From positions 307,970 through 371,969 of the forward strand of contig CAWHHI010000005.1 in assembly GCA_963829055.1 (NCBI GenBank): DNA of 64,000 bases, read 5' to 3'. Numbering within the stretch: position 1 is the first letter of the stretch; each line of letters begins with the position of its first letter. The DNA comes from an uncultured Gemmatimonadaceae bacterium. GTDB lineage: Bacteria; Gemmatimonadota; Gemmatimonadetes; Gemmatimonadales; Gemmatimonadaceae. A program made the position numbers and the translations under genes. Below the pieces are notes generated by a model. It had not been told where the DNA came from and did no database searches. It saw only the letters and a program-made list of their open reading frames with translations. This document shows positions 32,667-43,781 of the stretch, piece after piece.

Positions 32667-34412
32667 CTCGAGCCGCAGGCCGTCAAGAGCAAGGTCTTTC
32701 ATCTCCGTCGCGTGCTCGACGACGATCCCAGGCAGCCCCGCTACATCGAGACGGTCTCTCGCCGTGGCTACCGCTTCGTGGCCAGGCTCGCGGACGTCGC
32801 GGTCTCCGACTCGCCCGCGCCCCCGCCGACACCGGCTGAGGAAGTCCACCTCGTGGGTCGCGCTGCCGCTCTCGCCGAGCTATGGCAATGCGTTCGCAAC
32901 GCGAGCACGGGAAAGGTCGAGATCGTCTTCATCACCGGCGAGCCGGGCATCGGGAAGACCGCGCTGGTGGAGGAGCTCGGCGCGACAGGTCGCCGCGACG
33001 CGCCCCGAGATACGCATCGCGCACGGCCAGTGCGTCGAGGGATTCGGAAGCAAGGAGGCGTTCTATCCCGTGCTCCAGGCGATCGGTCAGCTCTGTCGCG
33101 GGCCGCTCGGAGCAGCGGTGGTCGACACACTCGCCTCCCACGCGCCGACATGGCTCGTGCAGTTCCCTGCGCTCCTCACGCGCGAGCATCGCGAAACCCT
33201 CAAGCAGGAGATCCTCGGCGCCACGAGAGAGCGGATGCTGCGCGAGATCTGCGAGGCGCTCGAGACGATCGCCGCATCTGCCCCGCTGCTGCTGATCCTG
33301 GAGGACCTCCACTGGGCGGACTCCTCCACCCTCGACTTGATCTCTGCGCTCGCGCGCCACCGCGTGGCCGCGAAGGTCCTGGTCGTCGCCACGTACCGGC
33401 CCACGGATGTCGCGCGCTCGTCGCAACCGTTGCATGCCCTCAAGCGCGACCTGGTCGCGCGACACCTGTCCCGCGAGATCGTGCTGGAGCCGCTCGCGGA
33501 GTCCGAGATCGTCGAGTACCTGACGTTAGGCAACACGACGGCCGGTGTGCCGGAGGCGCTCGCGTCGTTGCTCCACCGCCACACCGAGGGCAATCCGCTG
33601 TTCATGATCGCCGTGCTGGAGCACCTGATCGGGCGCGGGCTCGTGGAGCGCGATCGCGATGGGTGGCGCTTACGACGCCCAGCCGAGGAGATCTCCCTCG
33701 AGCTCCCGGAGAGCCTGCGGCAGATGATCGGGGCGCAGATCGAGCGCCTCACCGAGACCGAGCAGCGCGTACTGGAAGTCGCCGCGATCGCGGGCATGTC
33801 GTTCGCGCCGGCGATCAGCGCGCCGACGGCCGACATGGACCCCGGCGGCGTTCGAGGAGTGCTGCGACGCGCTCGCGCGGCGCGGCCACATCCTGCGCCT
33901 CGCCGACACGCAGGAACTGCCCGACGGCACGCATCGTCCAGCGCTACGCGTTCGCGCACGCGCTCTACCGCGAAGCGCTCTACGAGCGCCAGTCGCCGGC
34001 GCGACGCGCGATGCTGCATCGCCGGCGCGCCGAGCGGCTGGAGGAGATCTTCGCCGCATCGCTCGACGAGGTCGCACCGGAGCTGGCGCATCACTTCGAG
34101 AAGGGCGCCGACTGGACTCGCGCCGTGAAATACCTCCGGCTGGCCGCGAACCGCGGCGCACTCGACGGGGCGAGAGCCAACCTCGAGCACGCGCTCGCGC
34201 TGGCGGGAAAGCTGCCGATCGCGGAGCGTGCGACTGCGGAGACGGAGGTGCTCGAGGCACTCGCTGACATGGACCTCGCGACCTTCGACCCGAGCGTGTT
34301 CGACACGCTGACGCTGCTGCGGGAGCGGGCAGCCGAGTACGGGATGGTCGACGTCGAGGCGAAGGCGCTCGTCGATCTCGCCTTCCCATTGGGTTGGAAC
34401 GCGAGCGAGCGG
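32667..34412 (+). pseudogene. Internal fragment of a winged-helix (Trans_reg_C) + AAA ATPase regulator; both ends missing, frameshifts ~32985 and ~33850-33930
   Basis: LRRVLDDDPRQPRYIETVSRRGYRF; Walker A GEPGIGKT; LILEDLHWAD; TEGNPLF; FAHALYREALY; ELAHHF. Confidence 0.82.
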
Positions 34413-34416
34413 AAGG

Positions 34417-36550
34417 TTACGGTACGAACCTCCGATCGCGATCCATCAGCTGGCGGGCGAAGTACGTGTACTCGAGCGCCGTCGTGCGTGCCTGCTGTGC
34501 GATGTTGGCGCCCGAGCCGTGTCCGCCTTCGATCACTTCGAAGAAGTAGTACGGCAATCCCATGGCGGCCATCTTCGCGGCAAACTTGCGCGCGTGCTGC
34601 GGACCGACGCGGTCGTCCTTCGTCGTGGTCCAGATCAGCGGCGTCGGGTACTTCACGCCTGGCTTGAGATTGTTGTACGGCGAGATCGACGCGAGGAACG
34701 CGCGCTCGTCCGGGTTCGACACGCTGCCGTATTCGCCGACCCATGACGCGCCGGCCTGGATCTTCTCGAATCGCAGCATGTCGAGGAGCGGCACCTGAAT
34801 GTCGACCGCGTTCCACAGCTCCGGACGCTGGGTGAACTGCACGCCCATCAGCAGCCCGCCGTTGGAGCCGCCCTGAATCCCGAGGTGTCGCGGTGAGGTG
34901 ATTTTCTTCGCGATGAGATCCTCGGCGACCGCCGCGAAATCATCGTAGATGACCTGACGACGGGTCTTGAGCCCGGCGTCGTGCCATGCCGGGCCGAACT
35001 CGCCGCCACCGCGAATGTTCGCGAGCACGTACACGCCGCCCTGCTCGACCCAGAGCTTGCCGACATCGGGATCATAACGCGGCGTCATCGAGGCGTTGAA
35101 GCCGCCGTACGCGTAGAGGATCGTCGGGTTGGCGCCGTCGCGGGCCATCGACTTGGGATGCACGATGAAGTACGGGACCTTCGTTCCATCCTTCGAGGTC
35201 GCCTCCATCTGTTCGACGACGCTGCGCGACGCATCGAACCGCGGGGCGAGTGTCTTGAGCTGCGACGCCGTGCCGCGAGCGGCATCGGCAAGCCAGATGC
35301 TGCTCGGCGTCAGGAACCCGGTCACGCCGACGAACGCATCGTTCGTCTTCGTGTCCGCAGCCGATGACGTTGGTCGACACGTTGTCCGGGAGGGCCATCG
35401 GCGTGCGGGACCATGAATCGTCGGGCGCGCGCGTTGCGACGAGCACCCTGCCCTTCACGTTCTGGTACACATCGATGAGGAGCTTGTCCCTGGTGGCGGA
35501 AACGCCGTCGACGGATTCGCGCGGACCGGGCTCGAAGACGGGGACCGGCGCTAACGCGTTAGGCGTCGTGAGCGCCGTGTTTCCGTCGAACGCCGCCACC
35601 GAACCCCCACGAATCGTCGTGGCGCCGTTCTTCCAGTCTTCGTACAGGTGGACGATCACCTGTCCATCGATCAGCTCCGCGAAGTTGCCCTTGGCCGGCA
35701 TGGCCAGGCGGGCGACATCCTTCGGCCTGACGATGTAGTGCTCGGCCTCGAACGTGCTCGTGGGGCGGTCGATGAAGCTGAACCGGTGCCCTGCGGCATC
35801 GACCAGGGTCACCGGCGATACACCGTAGCCGCCGTCGTTCGCCGAGCCGCGGAAGATCTCGACCGCGTCCGCGAGCGGCTTTCCGCGAGCGAGCTTCTTG
35901 ACAATGAACGCGTAGCCGGAGCTCGTCACCTCACCAGGGTTCCACTCGCGAGAGACGAGGATCGTGTCCTGGCTCGTCCACGCCACCCGCTGCTTTCCTT
36001 TGGGGAGATAGAACCCGTTCTTCACGAACGAGCGCGACTCCAGGTCGAACTCCCGGTCGGTGCTCGCGTCTTCACCGCCATCGGAGAGGGAGATCAGGCA
36101 GCGCTTCTCTGCGGGCTGCTGGCACGTGTAGCCATGAAAGACCCAGTTCGCCTTCTCGGCCTTGGCGAGCGCGTCGAGATCGAGCACCGTGGTCCACTTG
36201 GGCGAGGCGCTGCGATAGCTCGCGAGCGACGTCTTGCGCCAGATGCCGCGGACGTGGGCCGAGTCCCGCCAGAAGTTGTAGAGCTCCCCGCCGATGTAGC
36301 TGACGTACGCGAGTCGGTCCTTGGCCTGCGCCATGGTGAGCGCCGCTTTGTAGATGCCCTCCCACCGCGGATCCTTCTCCAGAACCGCGGTGGTCTTCGC
36401 GTTTTCGGCATTCACCCAGGCCATGGCGCGCTCGCCGTGGACCTCCTCGAGCCAGAGATACGGGTCGGTGGTGTCAGCCTTGGTGGCCTGTGCGGAGGCG
36501 CGAGTCGGAAGGAAGGCTGCGCAGCAGGCGAGGAGGACGAGAGTTCGCAT
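34417..36550 (-). CDS. Prolyl oligopeptidase (S9A), frameshift ~35360
   Basis: Signal peptide, DPYLWLE, YGGF, NIRGGGEFG, GGSNGGLL, DDRV, GGH. Confidence 0.92.
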
Positions 36551-36568
36551 GGCGGAGACCGCGTGAGG

Positions 36569-36674
36569 GTGGAAGAGTCGATCAGAAACTTACGAGGAAT
36601 GGACCGCGACGGACACGATCGCCCGCTGCGGGCACATTCGAGCGCCCGCGTCGAACGGGAGCCGACTCTTCCAC
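36569..36674. repeat. Perfect 12-bp inverted repeat with 82-bp spacer
   Basis: GTGGAAGAGTCG (36569-36580) and CGACTCTTCCAC (36663-36674). Confidence 0.75.
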
Positions 36675-36893
36675 ATAGCTCATGCGTCAGGCGTACGGTG
36701 CCACCTACGAGGCTGCCGCCACGCGCCCGTGTAACCGTCGCTGGTCGCGCCGTGACCCTGACGCGCGACCGGCCCGCACCCAACCATCGCGTCGGCGAAT
36801 CCAGCCCGTCGACGGAATGCGCGCGCGTGGGGATGATTGGAGAATTGAGTTGCCCATTAGGGGCGACTCACCTCCACTCCACGGTAGCGAACA

Positions 36894-37721
36894 ATGCGAA
36901 ACACGACACACCTGATCGCCGCGCTCGGTGGCGCGGTCATGCTGATTGGCTGCGACGACGCGGCGCCGGCAACCGGCCCGAGCGCACCTAACGCCGTCGT
37001 TGCGACGGGTACGGGCTCAGCCGACAAGAAGGCAGTGAAGGACAAGGGCGACGCGAGGATCGTGAGCGCCACGGGCGACATCCTTCCGACGGTCGACGAG
37101 TTCCGCAATCTGCTCGGTGCCCTCAACCCGAACGTGGTCGGCGAGCAGCCCGGCGGTCGCCGCGAAGTCAACTGGGATGGCGTTGGCGCGGCGAACACGA
37201 ACAACGAAGCCTTCCCCGGCAACTTCTTCAACGTGAACTCGCCTCGCGGCATCCTGCTCAGCACGCCGTCGGGACTCTTCCGTATCAGCAGCAACGGCTA
37301 CACGGACGTCAACCCGAACTACGCCGACGAGTTCAGCGTTTTCAGCCCGCCACGGTTGTTCGTCGCCCGTGGCAGCACGATCACCGACGTCGCGTTCGTC
37401 GTCGCGGGCTCGAACACGCCGGCAACCGTTACTGGGTTCGGCGCAGTTTTCGCCGACGTGGGCCGGGCACACTCGACGCGGATCGAGTACTACGACGCCA
37501 ACGGCAAGCGGTTGCTCACGGTCGCGGCGCCTCGACGAAGCGACGACAGAGGGCTGTCGTTCGTCGGGGCGGTCTTCGACTCGCGCATCGTCGCGCGCGT
37601 GCGAGTGATCTCCGGAGATACGCCGATCGGTCCCGATGACAACGTTCACGGCGCGGGGAAGAAGCGCGACGTCGTGGCCATGGACGACTTCATTTACGGC
37701 GAGCCGCGAGCTATCAACTGA
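36894..37721 (+). CDS. Hypothetical lipoprotein (GRREVNWDG family)
   Basis: Lipobox LIGC; GRREVNWDGV, FSPPRLF, GFGAVFADV, VAMDDFIYGEP. Confidence 0.75.
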   Translation: MRNTTHLIAALGGAVMLIGCDDAAPATGPSAPNAVVATGTGSADKKAVKDKGDARIVSATGDILPTVDEFRNLLGALNPNVVGEQPGGRREVNWDGVGAANTNNEAFPGNFFNVNSPRGILLSTPSGLFRISSNGYTDVNPNYADEFSVFSPPRLFVARGSTITDVAFVVAGSNTPATVTGFGAVFADVGRAHSTRIEYYDANGKRLLTVAAPRRSDDRGLSFVGAVFDSRIVARVRVISGDTPIGPDDNVHGAGKKRDVVAMDDFIYGEPRAIN

Positions 37722-37923
37722 CCAATGGACCGAAGCGAGGCGCATGATGCCGCCGGCTCATGGGCCTCGCTTCGCCGCCGGTACGGTGATTGTTGTCCCC
37801 CGCGGCCATCTGGCAGCCAGGCGATGCGGTCTGCCTAACGCTGATCCAGAGGAACATCGCGGGCCGGCACCGCAGTGGCCGCGCGATCTCCTGCCTCGCG
37901 TCGCTGGCCCGCATCGCCTAACG

Positions 37924-38448
37924 TCATCGACCGAGACCGATGGTGCCGTCGAACGAACCGGACGAATTACGATCTGCCGCGATGTTCACTTGCCTGAGGA
38001 TGAAGCTCCCCGTCGCGCCCGCGAACCGGCCCGTGCCTCCGGTGATCGTCAGGCTCTCGAGTGAGCTGAGGCTCTGCCCGTCCTCACTCGGCGTTCCCTG
38101 CGCTGTCCCTTCCGCGGTGAGAACGTCCCCGTTGGCCGCCGTCAGGGTCATTCGCTCGGACCCCGCGACCGTTACGAGACTCAGCTCGTAGTCGATCACC
38201 AACGTGTAGCGGCCGAGGTGGGTCGCGGTGCCGGCGCCGACCAGGTGAATGAAGGCGGTGTTGGTCCCGAAGTCGTACACCGCCACGTGGGACGCTGAGT
38301 CCACCGTGCCGTGGAACGGCAACGCTGCCGCGTTCGCGGCCGCGCGGGCGGTGGCCCCGCCGCCAGTGGAGAGCGCGGTGGGCGCGTCGCTGGTGCAGCC
38401 GGCAACGGCGCAGATGAGGACCAGCATGGGGAGCGTGGGAGTGCGCAT
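37924..38448 (-). CDS. Hypothetical beta-rich lipoprotein
   Basis: Lipobox VAGC; GTATHLGRY, TAANGD, ITGGTGRFAGATG. Confidence 0.75.
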   Translation of the reverse strand: MRTPTLPMLVLICAVAGCTSDAPTALSTGGGATARAAANAAALPFHGTVDSASHVAVYDFGTNTAFIHLVGAGTATHLGRYTLVIDYELSLVTVAGSERMTLTAANGDVLTAEGTAQGTPSEDGQSLSSLESLTITGGTGRFAGATGSFILRQVNIAADRNSSGSFDGTIGLGR

Positions 38449-38590
38449 AGGGAATCTCCAGTTGGGGTAGAGTGGGATGGGGCGCGGTCGCGACATCCGC
38501 ATTGCCGCCTCGGTGGGGTGGTCATAGGTTTGCCGACGGGCTGCCGTGATCTCGCCCGCCTACACGCGCAGAACCCACGTGATTTCAGAC

Positions 38591-39190
38591 ATGGCAGCGC
38601 TCGCCCAACAGCACGCGGTCACGGACGCGCTGGGCGCGGTGCGGGACGGAGCGCCGGGCGCAGTGGACCGACTCATCGCTCTCGTCTACGCCGATCTGTC
38701 GCGCATCGCGCGCCGCCAGCTCGGGCTCGAAGCGCCCGGCCATACGCTCTCCACGACGGCGCTCGTTCACGAGGCATATCTCCGTCTCGTCGACCAGACG
38801 CGGGCTCAGTGGGCCGACCGCGTGCAGTTCTTCGCCGTCGCTGCGCACGTGATGCGACGCGTGCTGGTGGACTACGCCCGGCGTCATCGCGCCGCGCGGC
38901 GGGGAGGCTCGCAGCGGAGGGCCGTTTCGCTGGAGGCGCTCGAGTCGATCGACACCGCGAGTCTCGCCGTGGCCGAACGCGCCGACGTGCTCCTGGCGCT
39001 GGACGAGGCGCTCGACCGGCTCGCCGCGCTGGACGCGCGACAGGCGCGGGTCGTCGAGTGCCGGTTCTTCGGGGGACTCACGGAAGCGGAGACGGCGGCG
39101 GCGCTGGGCGTCACGAGCCGCACCGTGACTCGCGACTGGGTCAAGGCGCGCGGGTGGCTATACCAGGAGTTGCGCAGTGACGCCTCCTGA
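38591..39190 (+). CDS. ECF sigma factor (TIGR02999-type, kinase-associated)
   Basis: VYADLSRIA, HTLSTTALVHEAYLRL, MRRVLVDYAR, VVECRFFGGLT..E.A, TVTRDW..ARGWL. Confidence 0.92.
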   Translation: MAALAQQHAVTDALGAVRDGAPGAVDRLIALVYADLSRIARRQLGLEAPGHTLSTTALVHEAYLRLVDQTRAQWADRVQFFAVAAHVMRRVLVDYARRHRAARRGGSQRRAVSLEALESIDTASLAVAERADVLLALDEALDRLAALDARQARVVECRFFGGLTEAETAAALGVTSRTVTRDWVKARGWLYQELRSDAS

Positions 39191-41973
39191 GCCGCCGGAG
39201 GACTCGGCCGGCGCCGCCGGGCCCGCAATTCCGTCAGCGCGGTGGCGCGACGTTCAGGCCGTGGTCGATGGCGCACTCGATCTCGCGCCCGACTCGCGCG
39301 CCGCCTATCTCAATGTCGCGTGCGGTGCGAACTCCGTGCTCCGCGAGCAGGCGGCGCAGCTGCTCGACGCTTGCGAGCGCGCGGCCGGTACCGGTGGACT
39401 CCTCGCGGCGCCGGTGGCGGAGCTCGTCGCTCCCCTCGTCGCGCATGTCGCGGAGCAGGACGCCGCGCGGGAAGGCGAGCGGCGTGCGAGCCTCGCCGCC
39501 GGGTTCAGGGCCGCCCTCGCCGGGCGGTACGACGTCGAGCGCGAGCTCGGACGTGGCGGCATGGCGACAGTCTATCTCGCGCACGACGCGCGACACCGCA
39601 GGCGCGTCGCGCTCAAGGTGCTCGACCCGGCGCTGCTCGACGCAGTGAGCGGTGAGCGCTTCCTGCGCGAGATCCGCATCACGGCGGCGCTCACGCACCC
39701 TCACGTCTTGCCGCTCCACGACTCCGGCGAGGCCGCGGGACTGCTCTACTACGTGATGCCATACGTCGGAGGGCGAGACGCTTCGTGCGCGCCTAACGCG
39801 CGATGGCGCACTCCCGCTCGCGGACGCGACGCGCCTCATCCGCGAGCTGGCCGACGCACTCGCGCACGCGCACGGCAAGGGCGTGATCCACCGCGACCTG
39901 AAGCCGGAGAACGTCCTCCTGGCGGGCGGCCATGCGGTCGTCGCCGATTTCGGTATCGCACGCGCCGTCCGCCGCGCCCGGGACACGCGCGCGCCGGTGT
40001 CCGCCCATGACGCACCGGGCGGGGCAGCGACGCTGACGGAAGTGGGGATGTCGTTAGGCACGCCGGCGTACATGGCACCCGAGCAGGTCGTCGGCGATGC
40101 CGCCGTCGACCACCGCGCCGACCTGTACGCCCTCGGCGTCGTCGCATACGAGGTGCTCGCCGGCACGCACCCGTTCGGCCCGCGCTCACCGCAGGCGCTC
40201 GTCGCGGCGCACCTCACCGAGATCCCGCCGCCACTCACGGCGAAGCGCCGCGACGTGCCGCCTACCCTCGCGGCGCTCGTCGCGCGGCTGCTCGCCAAGG
40301 ACCCCGCCGATCGGCCGCCTAACGCAGAGGCCGTGTTGCAGGTGCTCGATGGAGTACCGGCGAAGCCGACGAGGGTAGCGGCCATCCGCCGCTGGACGGT
40401 ACTCGCGTCCGCGGCGCTGCTCTTGACGTTAGGCGCCGGAGCGTACGCCGTGTGGCGCGGCACGGCGGCGCCGGGCGCTGGCCGCGCGCGGGGCGCCCCG
40501 ATGATCCGCAGGCTGGCCGTGCTGCCGTTCGCGAACACGAGCGGTGACCGGCAGGACGACTTCTTCAGCGACGGCCTGACCGACGAGCTGGCGCACGCAC
40601 TCGCCAACCTCCCCGGGCTGCGGCTCGCCGGACGCACCGAGAGCTATACGTTCAAGGGGAAGGCCGCTGCGGCGCAGTCGGTCGGGCGGGCGCTCGGCGT
40701 CGACGCGTTCGTCAGCGCGACGGTGCGGCGGTCGGGCGACCGCCTGCGCGTGAACCCGCAGCTCGTGAGCACGTCCGACGGGACGGTGCTGTGGGACAGT
40801 GTGTACGAGACTCGCTCGGGCGACTTCTTCGCCGTGCAGGACTCGCTGACGCGCGCGGTCGTCGCTGCGCTGGCGCCGGCGTTAGGCGTTCGCGACACCG
40901 CGGACGCGCGGGGAGACCGCGGCGCGAGACCGGTCGCGGTCGACGTGGGGCGTGGCACGACGGACGAGGGGGCCTACGAGCTGTACCTCAAGGGGCGCTA
41001 CTACTATCACGAGCGCGGCGCCGAGAACGTCATCCGCTCCATCGCGTACTTCCAGCAGGCCATCGGGCGCGACCCGGCGTTCGCGCGCGCGTACGCGGCG
41101 TTGGCGCTCGCCTACGTCGTGCTCCCGGTGTACGTCCCCGACCCGGCCGACTCGACGACGCCGCTGATCAAGAAGAGCGCGCGCAGTGCGATGACGCTCG
41201 ACTCCACGCTCGCCGACGCGCAGCTCGCGACGGCCACCGGCCTCGAGCGCGACTTCCGGTTCGCGGAGGCAGAGGCGCACTACCGCGCGGCGGTCGGCAT
41301 CGAGCCGTGGAACGAGAACGCGCACCACGGCTACAGTTGGCTGCTCACGGCCGTCGGGCGCACGGACGAGGCGCTCGCGGAGGCTCGTGAGGCGGCGCGA
41401 CTCGACCCGTTGGCCAAGTCGTCGGGGACCTCGGTGGCGGAGGCGCTCATCGATGCACGTCGGTTCCGGGAGGCGGAGGCGGAGGCACGCCGCGTCCTCG
41501 CGATGGACCCCACCTTCTCGCTCGGGCTCTACAGCCTCGGGCTCGCCCAGGCGTTAGGCGGCCAGCCGGACAGCGGGGTGCGGACGCTGGAGCTGGGCGT
41601 GCGGCTCTACCCCGAGAGCGTCCCGCTGCGGGGGAGACTGCTCTTCGCGTACGCTGTCGCGGGCCGTTGGGGCAATGTGGAGCGGATGCGAAAGGAGCTC
41701 GGTCGGCCTGGCGGCGACCCCACCGGTGGCGCCCTGCCGGCGTTCGCGGACCTCGTGCTCGGAGACCGCGCGCCGCTCCTGCGCCTGGTTACGACGCGCG
41801 CCGGGCAGCGCCTGTGGTTCCGCATATTGCGGGGGACGGCCGTCGGAACCGGCTGCAACCCGCTCGCCGACCCGCTGTGGACCGACGCGGGCTACCGCGC
41901 CGCGATGCGCGACCTCGGCATGGCCCCGTGTCCGCAGGCGCGGCCGTGGACGCTGCCGCCGCGTCCGGCGTGA
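39177..41973 (+). CDS. Hanks-type Ser/Thr kinase with TM, TolB-like and TPR domains (frameshift ~39770)
   Basis: [50 protein letters not shown]. Overlaps the sigma stop codon. Confidence 0.9.
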
Positions 41974-42202
41974 GCCTGAAGCCGCGAACCAAGGGCTGTA
42001 CGCGTTAGGCGCTGCCGGCCATTCGAGATCGTAGCCCGGCATTGACGCGCGCGTACACGAGCTCGGCCGCACCCAGAGACACGGCCGTTCATCCCCCTAC
42101 GGGAATACGCCGCCAGTGTTCGGAGTCTATGGCATTGAGCAACTGCAATGACGCAGTGCCATGAACCACTGCCGTTGGACTCTCGCTGGAGAACGATCTC
42201 AT

Positions 42203-43321
42203 ATGATTTCCATACATGCTATGCCGTCGCAGGGCGCGGCCGCGCTCGGGTTCGCGGTGCTGACACTTGGCGGCGCGACTGCACTGCGCCATGCGCCGAG
42301 CGACCCCGCGGCAGTGAGCGCCAGGCTGTCCGAGTGGAAGGTCGAGCTGTCGCAGCCCAGCATCACCGCCGGCGTCGTGAATTTCACCGTCACGAATGCA
42401 GGCAGCGTTCCCCACGCCTTCGAGGTCGAGGGCCAGGGTATCGAGAAGGAGACCCCGGTCATTCAGCCGGGGGCGAGCGCTACCCTGAAGCTCACGCTCA
42501 AGGCCGGGAACTACGAGGTGTACTGTCCGGTCGGGGGTGACTCGCACAAGCACCTGGGGATGGAGACCCATCTCACGGTCGTCGGTGCCAAAGGCGCGAC
42601 CGCGGCGCCTAACGCTGAAGCGGCGAAGGCAACGCCCCGCAATGGTGCGAGCGAGGCGTCACCGAAGGTCCAGGCGATCCGCGTCAGGGGCGCGGGGCCA
42701 GTCGTTCAGATTCTTCCCGGGCCGTTCCCGTTTCCCGACAGCGCGGCCCCGATTCTCCGCCGATTTGGCGACGAGCGCGAAGGCCTCGAGTCGCAGGTGA
42801 AGGACGGCCCGTACTCGAACAACGTGTCGCCCATCGGGGGCACCTTCAACTTCACGGCCTGGGACAAGGGCGCGGTTCGCGATTCGGTAGACGGCGTCGC
42901 CGAATTCACCACGCAGGACGGGGCGAAGTGGAAGCTCGTACTCGACCGCGTCCAGACGAAGGACGTGGTCCATCATCCGCGCTTCGGCGGCGTGATCATG
43001 GGGCTCTACTACCACGGGAACACGGAGGTCCACACGCCGCTCGTACCGACGATCAACAGCGCGGTCGCGCTGTGGGCGGTCGGGCACCTGTACAAGAACG
43101 ACGCGCTCGCGACCGACAACGCGATGGTGCACGTGATGCTGCTGTCGCGGACCCGTCGCGACGGCGATTTCGCGCTCGAGTGCTGGGACTGCTCCAGGAA
43201 CAAGATCGAGGAGCTGCAGCTGCAAATCCTCCCCGGACCGGGCGAGCCGAAGCTGGATGCGCCCGGCGGATTCCTGTTCGTCAATTGGGAGAAGTCGAGC
43301 TCCCTCGAGCCCGCGACCTGA
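42203..43321 (+). CDS. Cupredoxin domain + unknown His/Cys-containing C-terminal domain
   Basis: NAGSVPHAF...YCPVGGDSHKHLGM (type-1 Cu H/C/H/M). C-domain has HHPRFGG, HGNT.VH, HVM, CWDC. Confidence 0.75.
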   Translation: MISIHAMPSQGAAALGFAVLTLGGATALRHAPSDPAAVSARLSEWKVELSQPSITAGVVNFTVTNAGSVPHAFEVEGQGIEKETPVIQPGASATLKLTLKAGNYEVYCPVGGDSHKHLGMETHLTVVGAKGATAAPNAEAAKATPRNGASEASPKVQAIRVRGAGPVVQILPGPFPFPDSAAPILRRFGDEREGLESQVKDGPYSNNVSPIGGTFNFTAWDKGAVRDSVDGVAEFTTQDGAKWKLVLDRVQTKDVVHHPRFGGVIMGLYYHGNTEVHTPLVPTINSAVALWAVGHLYKNDALATDNAMVHVMLLSRTRRDGDFALECWDCSRNKIEELQLQILPGPGEPKLDAPGGFLFVNWEKSSSLEPAT

Positions 43322-43333
43322 GGGGATGACCCG

Positions 43334-43756
43334 ATGCGTCTTCGCACAGCAGTGATCGGGTGTCTCGCGCTCGCGTCGCTCGCGTCGCTCGCGAGCTGCA
43401 AGGCTCCGACTCGACCGGCGTTTACGGGGGTGGTACGGGTGGGAACCAGGGGGCGCTGTGGGAGGCGGCGGCCCCGTGGGGGCGGTCACGATCGGTCCGA
43501 GCATTCGATTCATGAGTGCCCAAACGGAACCCAGAACCCGGCCGTGGACACCATCCCGGTCGGCGCCACGGTGACATGGACCTGGACCGGCTCGCTGCCG
43601 CACGGCGTCCAGTCGTTAGGCGCGACGAGCTTTGCCAGCAGCGGCATCAGGACGGGGAGCGGAACGCATGCGGTCACGTTCACCGCGCGGGGCACGTACC
43701 AGTACGACTGCGCGGTGCACGGCACGGCGATGAGGGGGACGATCGTCGTCGAGTAG
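43334..43756 (+). CDS. Plastocyanin/azurin-family lipoprotein (probable internal compensating frameshifts)
   Basis: Lipobox LASC; GATVTW..PHGV; YDCAVHGTAMRGTIVV. Confidence 0.8.
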   Translation: MRLRTAVIGCLALASLASLASCKAPTRPAFTGVVRVGTRGRCGRRRPRGGGHDRSEHSIHECPNGTQNPAVDTIPVGATVTWTWTGSLPHGVQSLGATSFASSGIRTGSGTHAVTFTARGTYQYDCAVHGTAMRGTIVVE

Positions 43757-43781
43757 GACCGGTCGCTGCCGGCCGCGGCGT

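Noticed and set aside
32580..34667. 695-aa ORF as one protein
   Set aside because: It passes through a wrong-frame middle (the true frame is in 32554..34128) and its tail is antisense to the prolyl oligopeptidase.
35340..35380. Programmed frameshifting in the POP, kinase or M61 genes
   Set aside because: No slippery heptamer or stimulatory structure seen; indels are widespread and fit sequencing error.
43366..43395. 9-bp repeat GCTCGCGTC (LAS x3), and similar GGTCCAGCG x2 near 10706
   Set aside because: Low-complexity repeats within signal-peptide coding regions; no evidence of phase variation.
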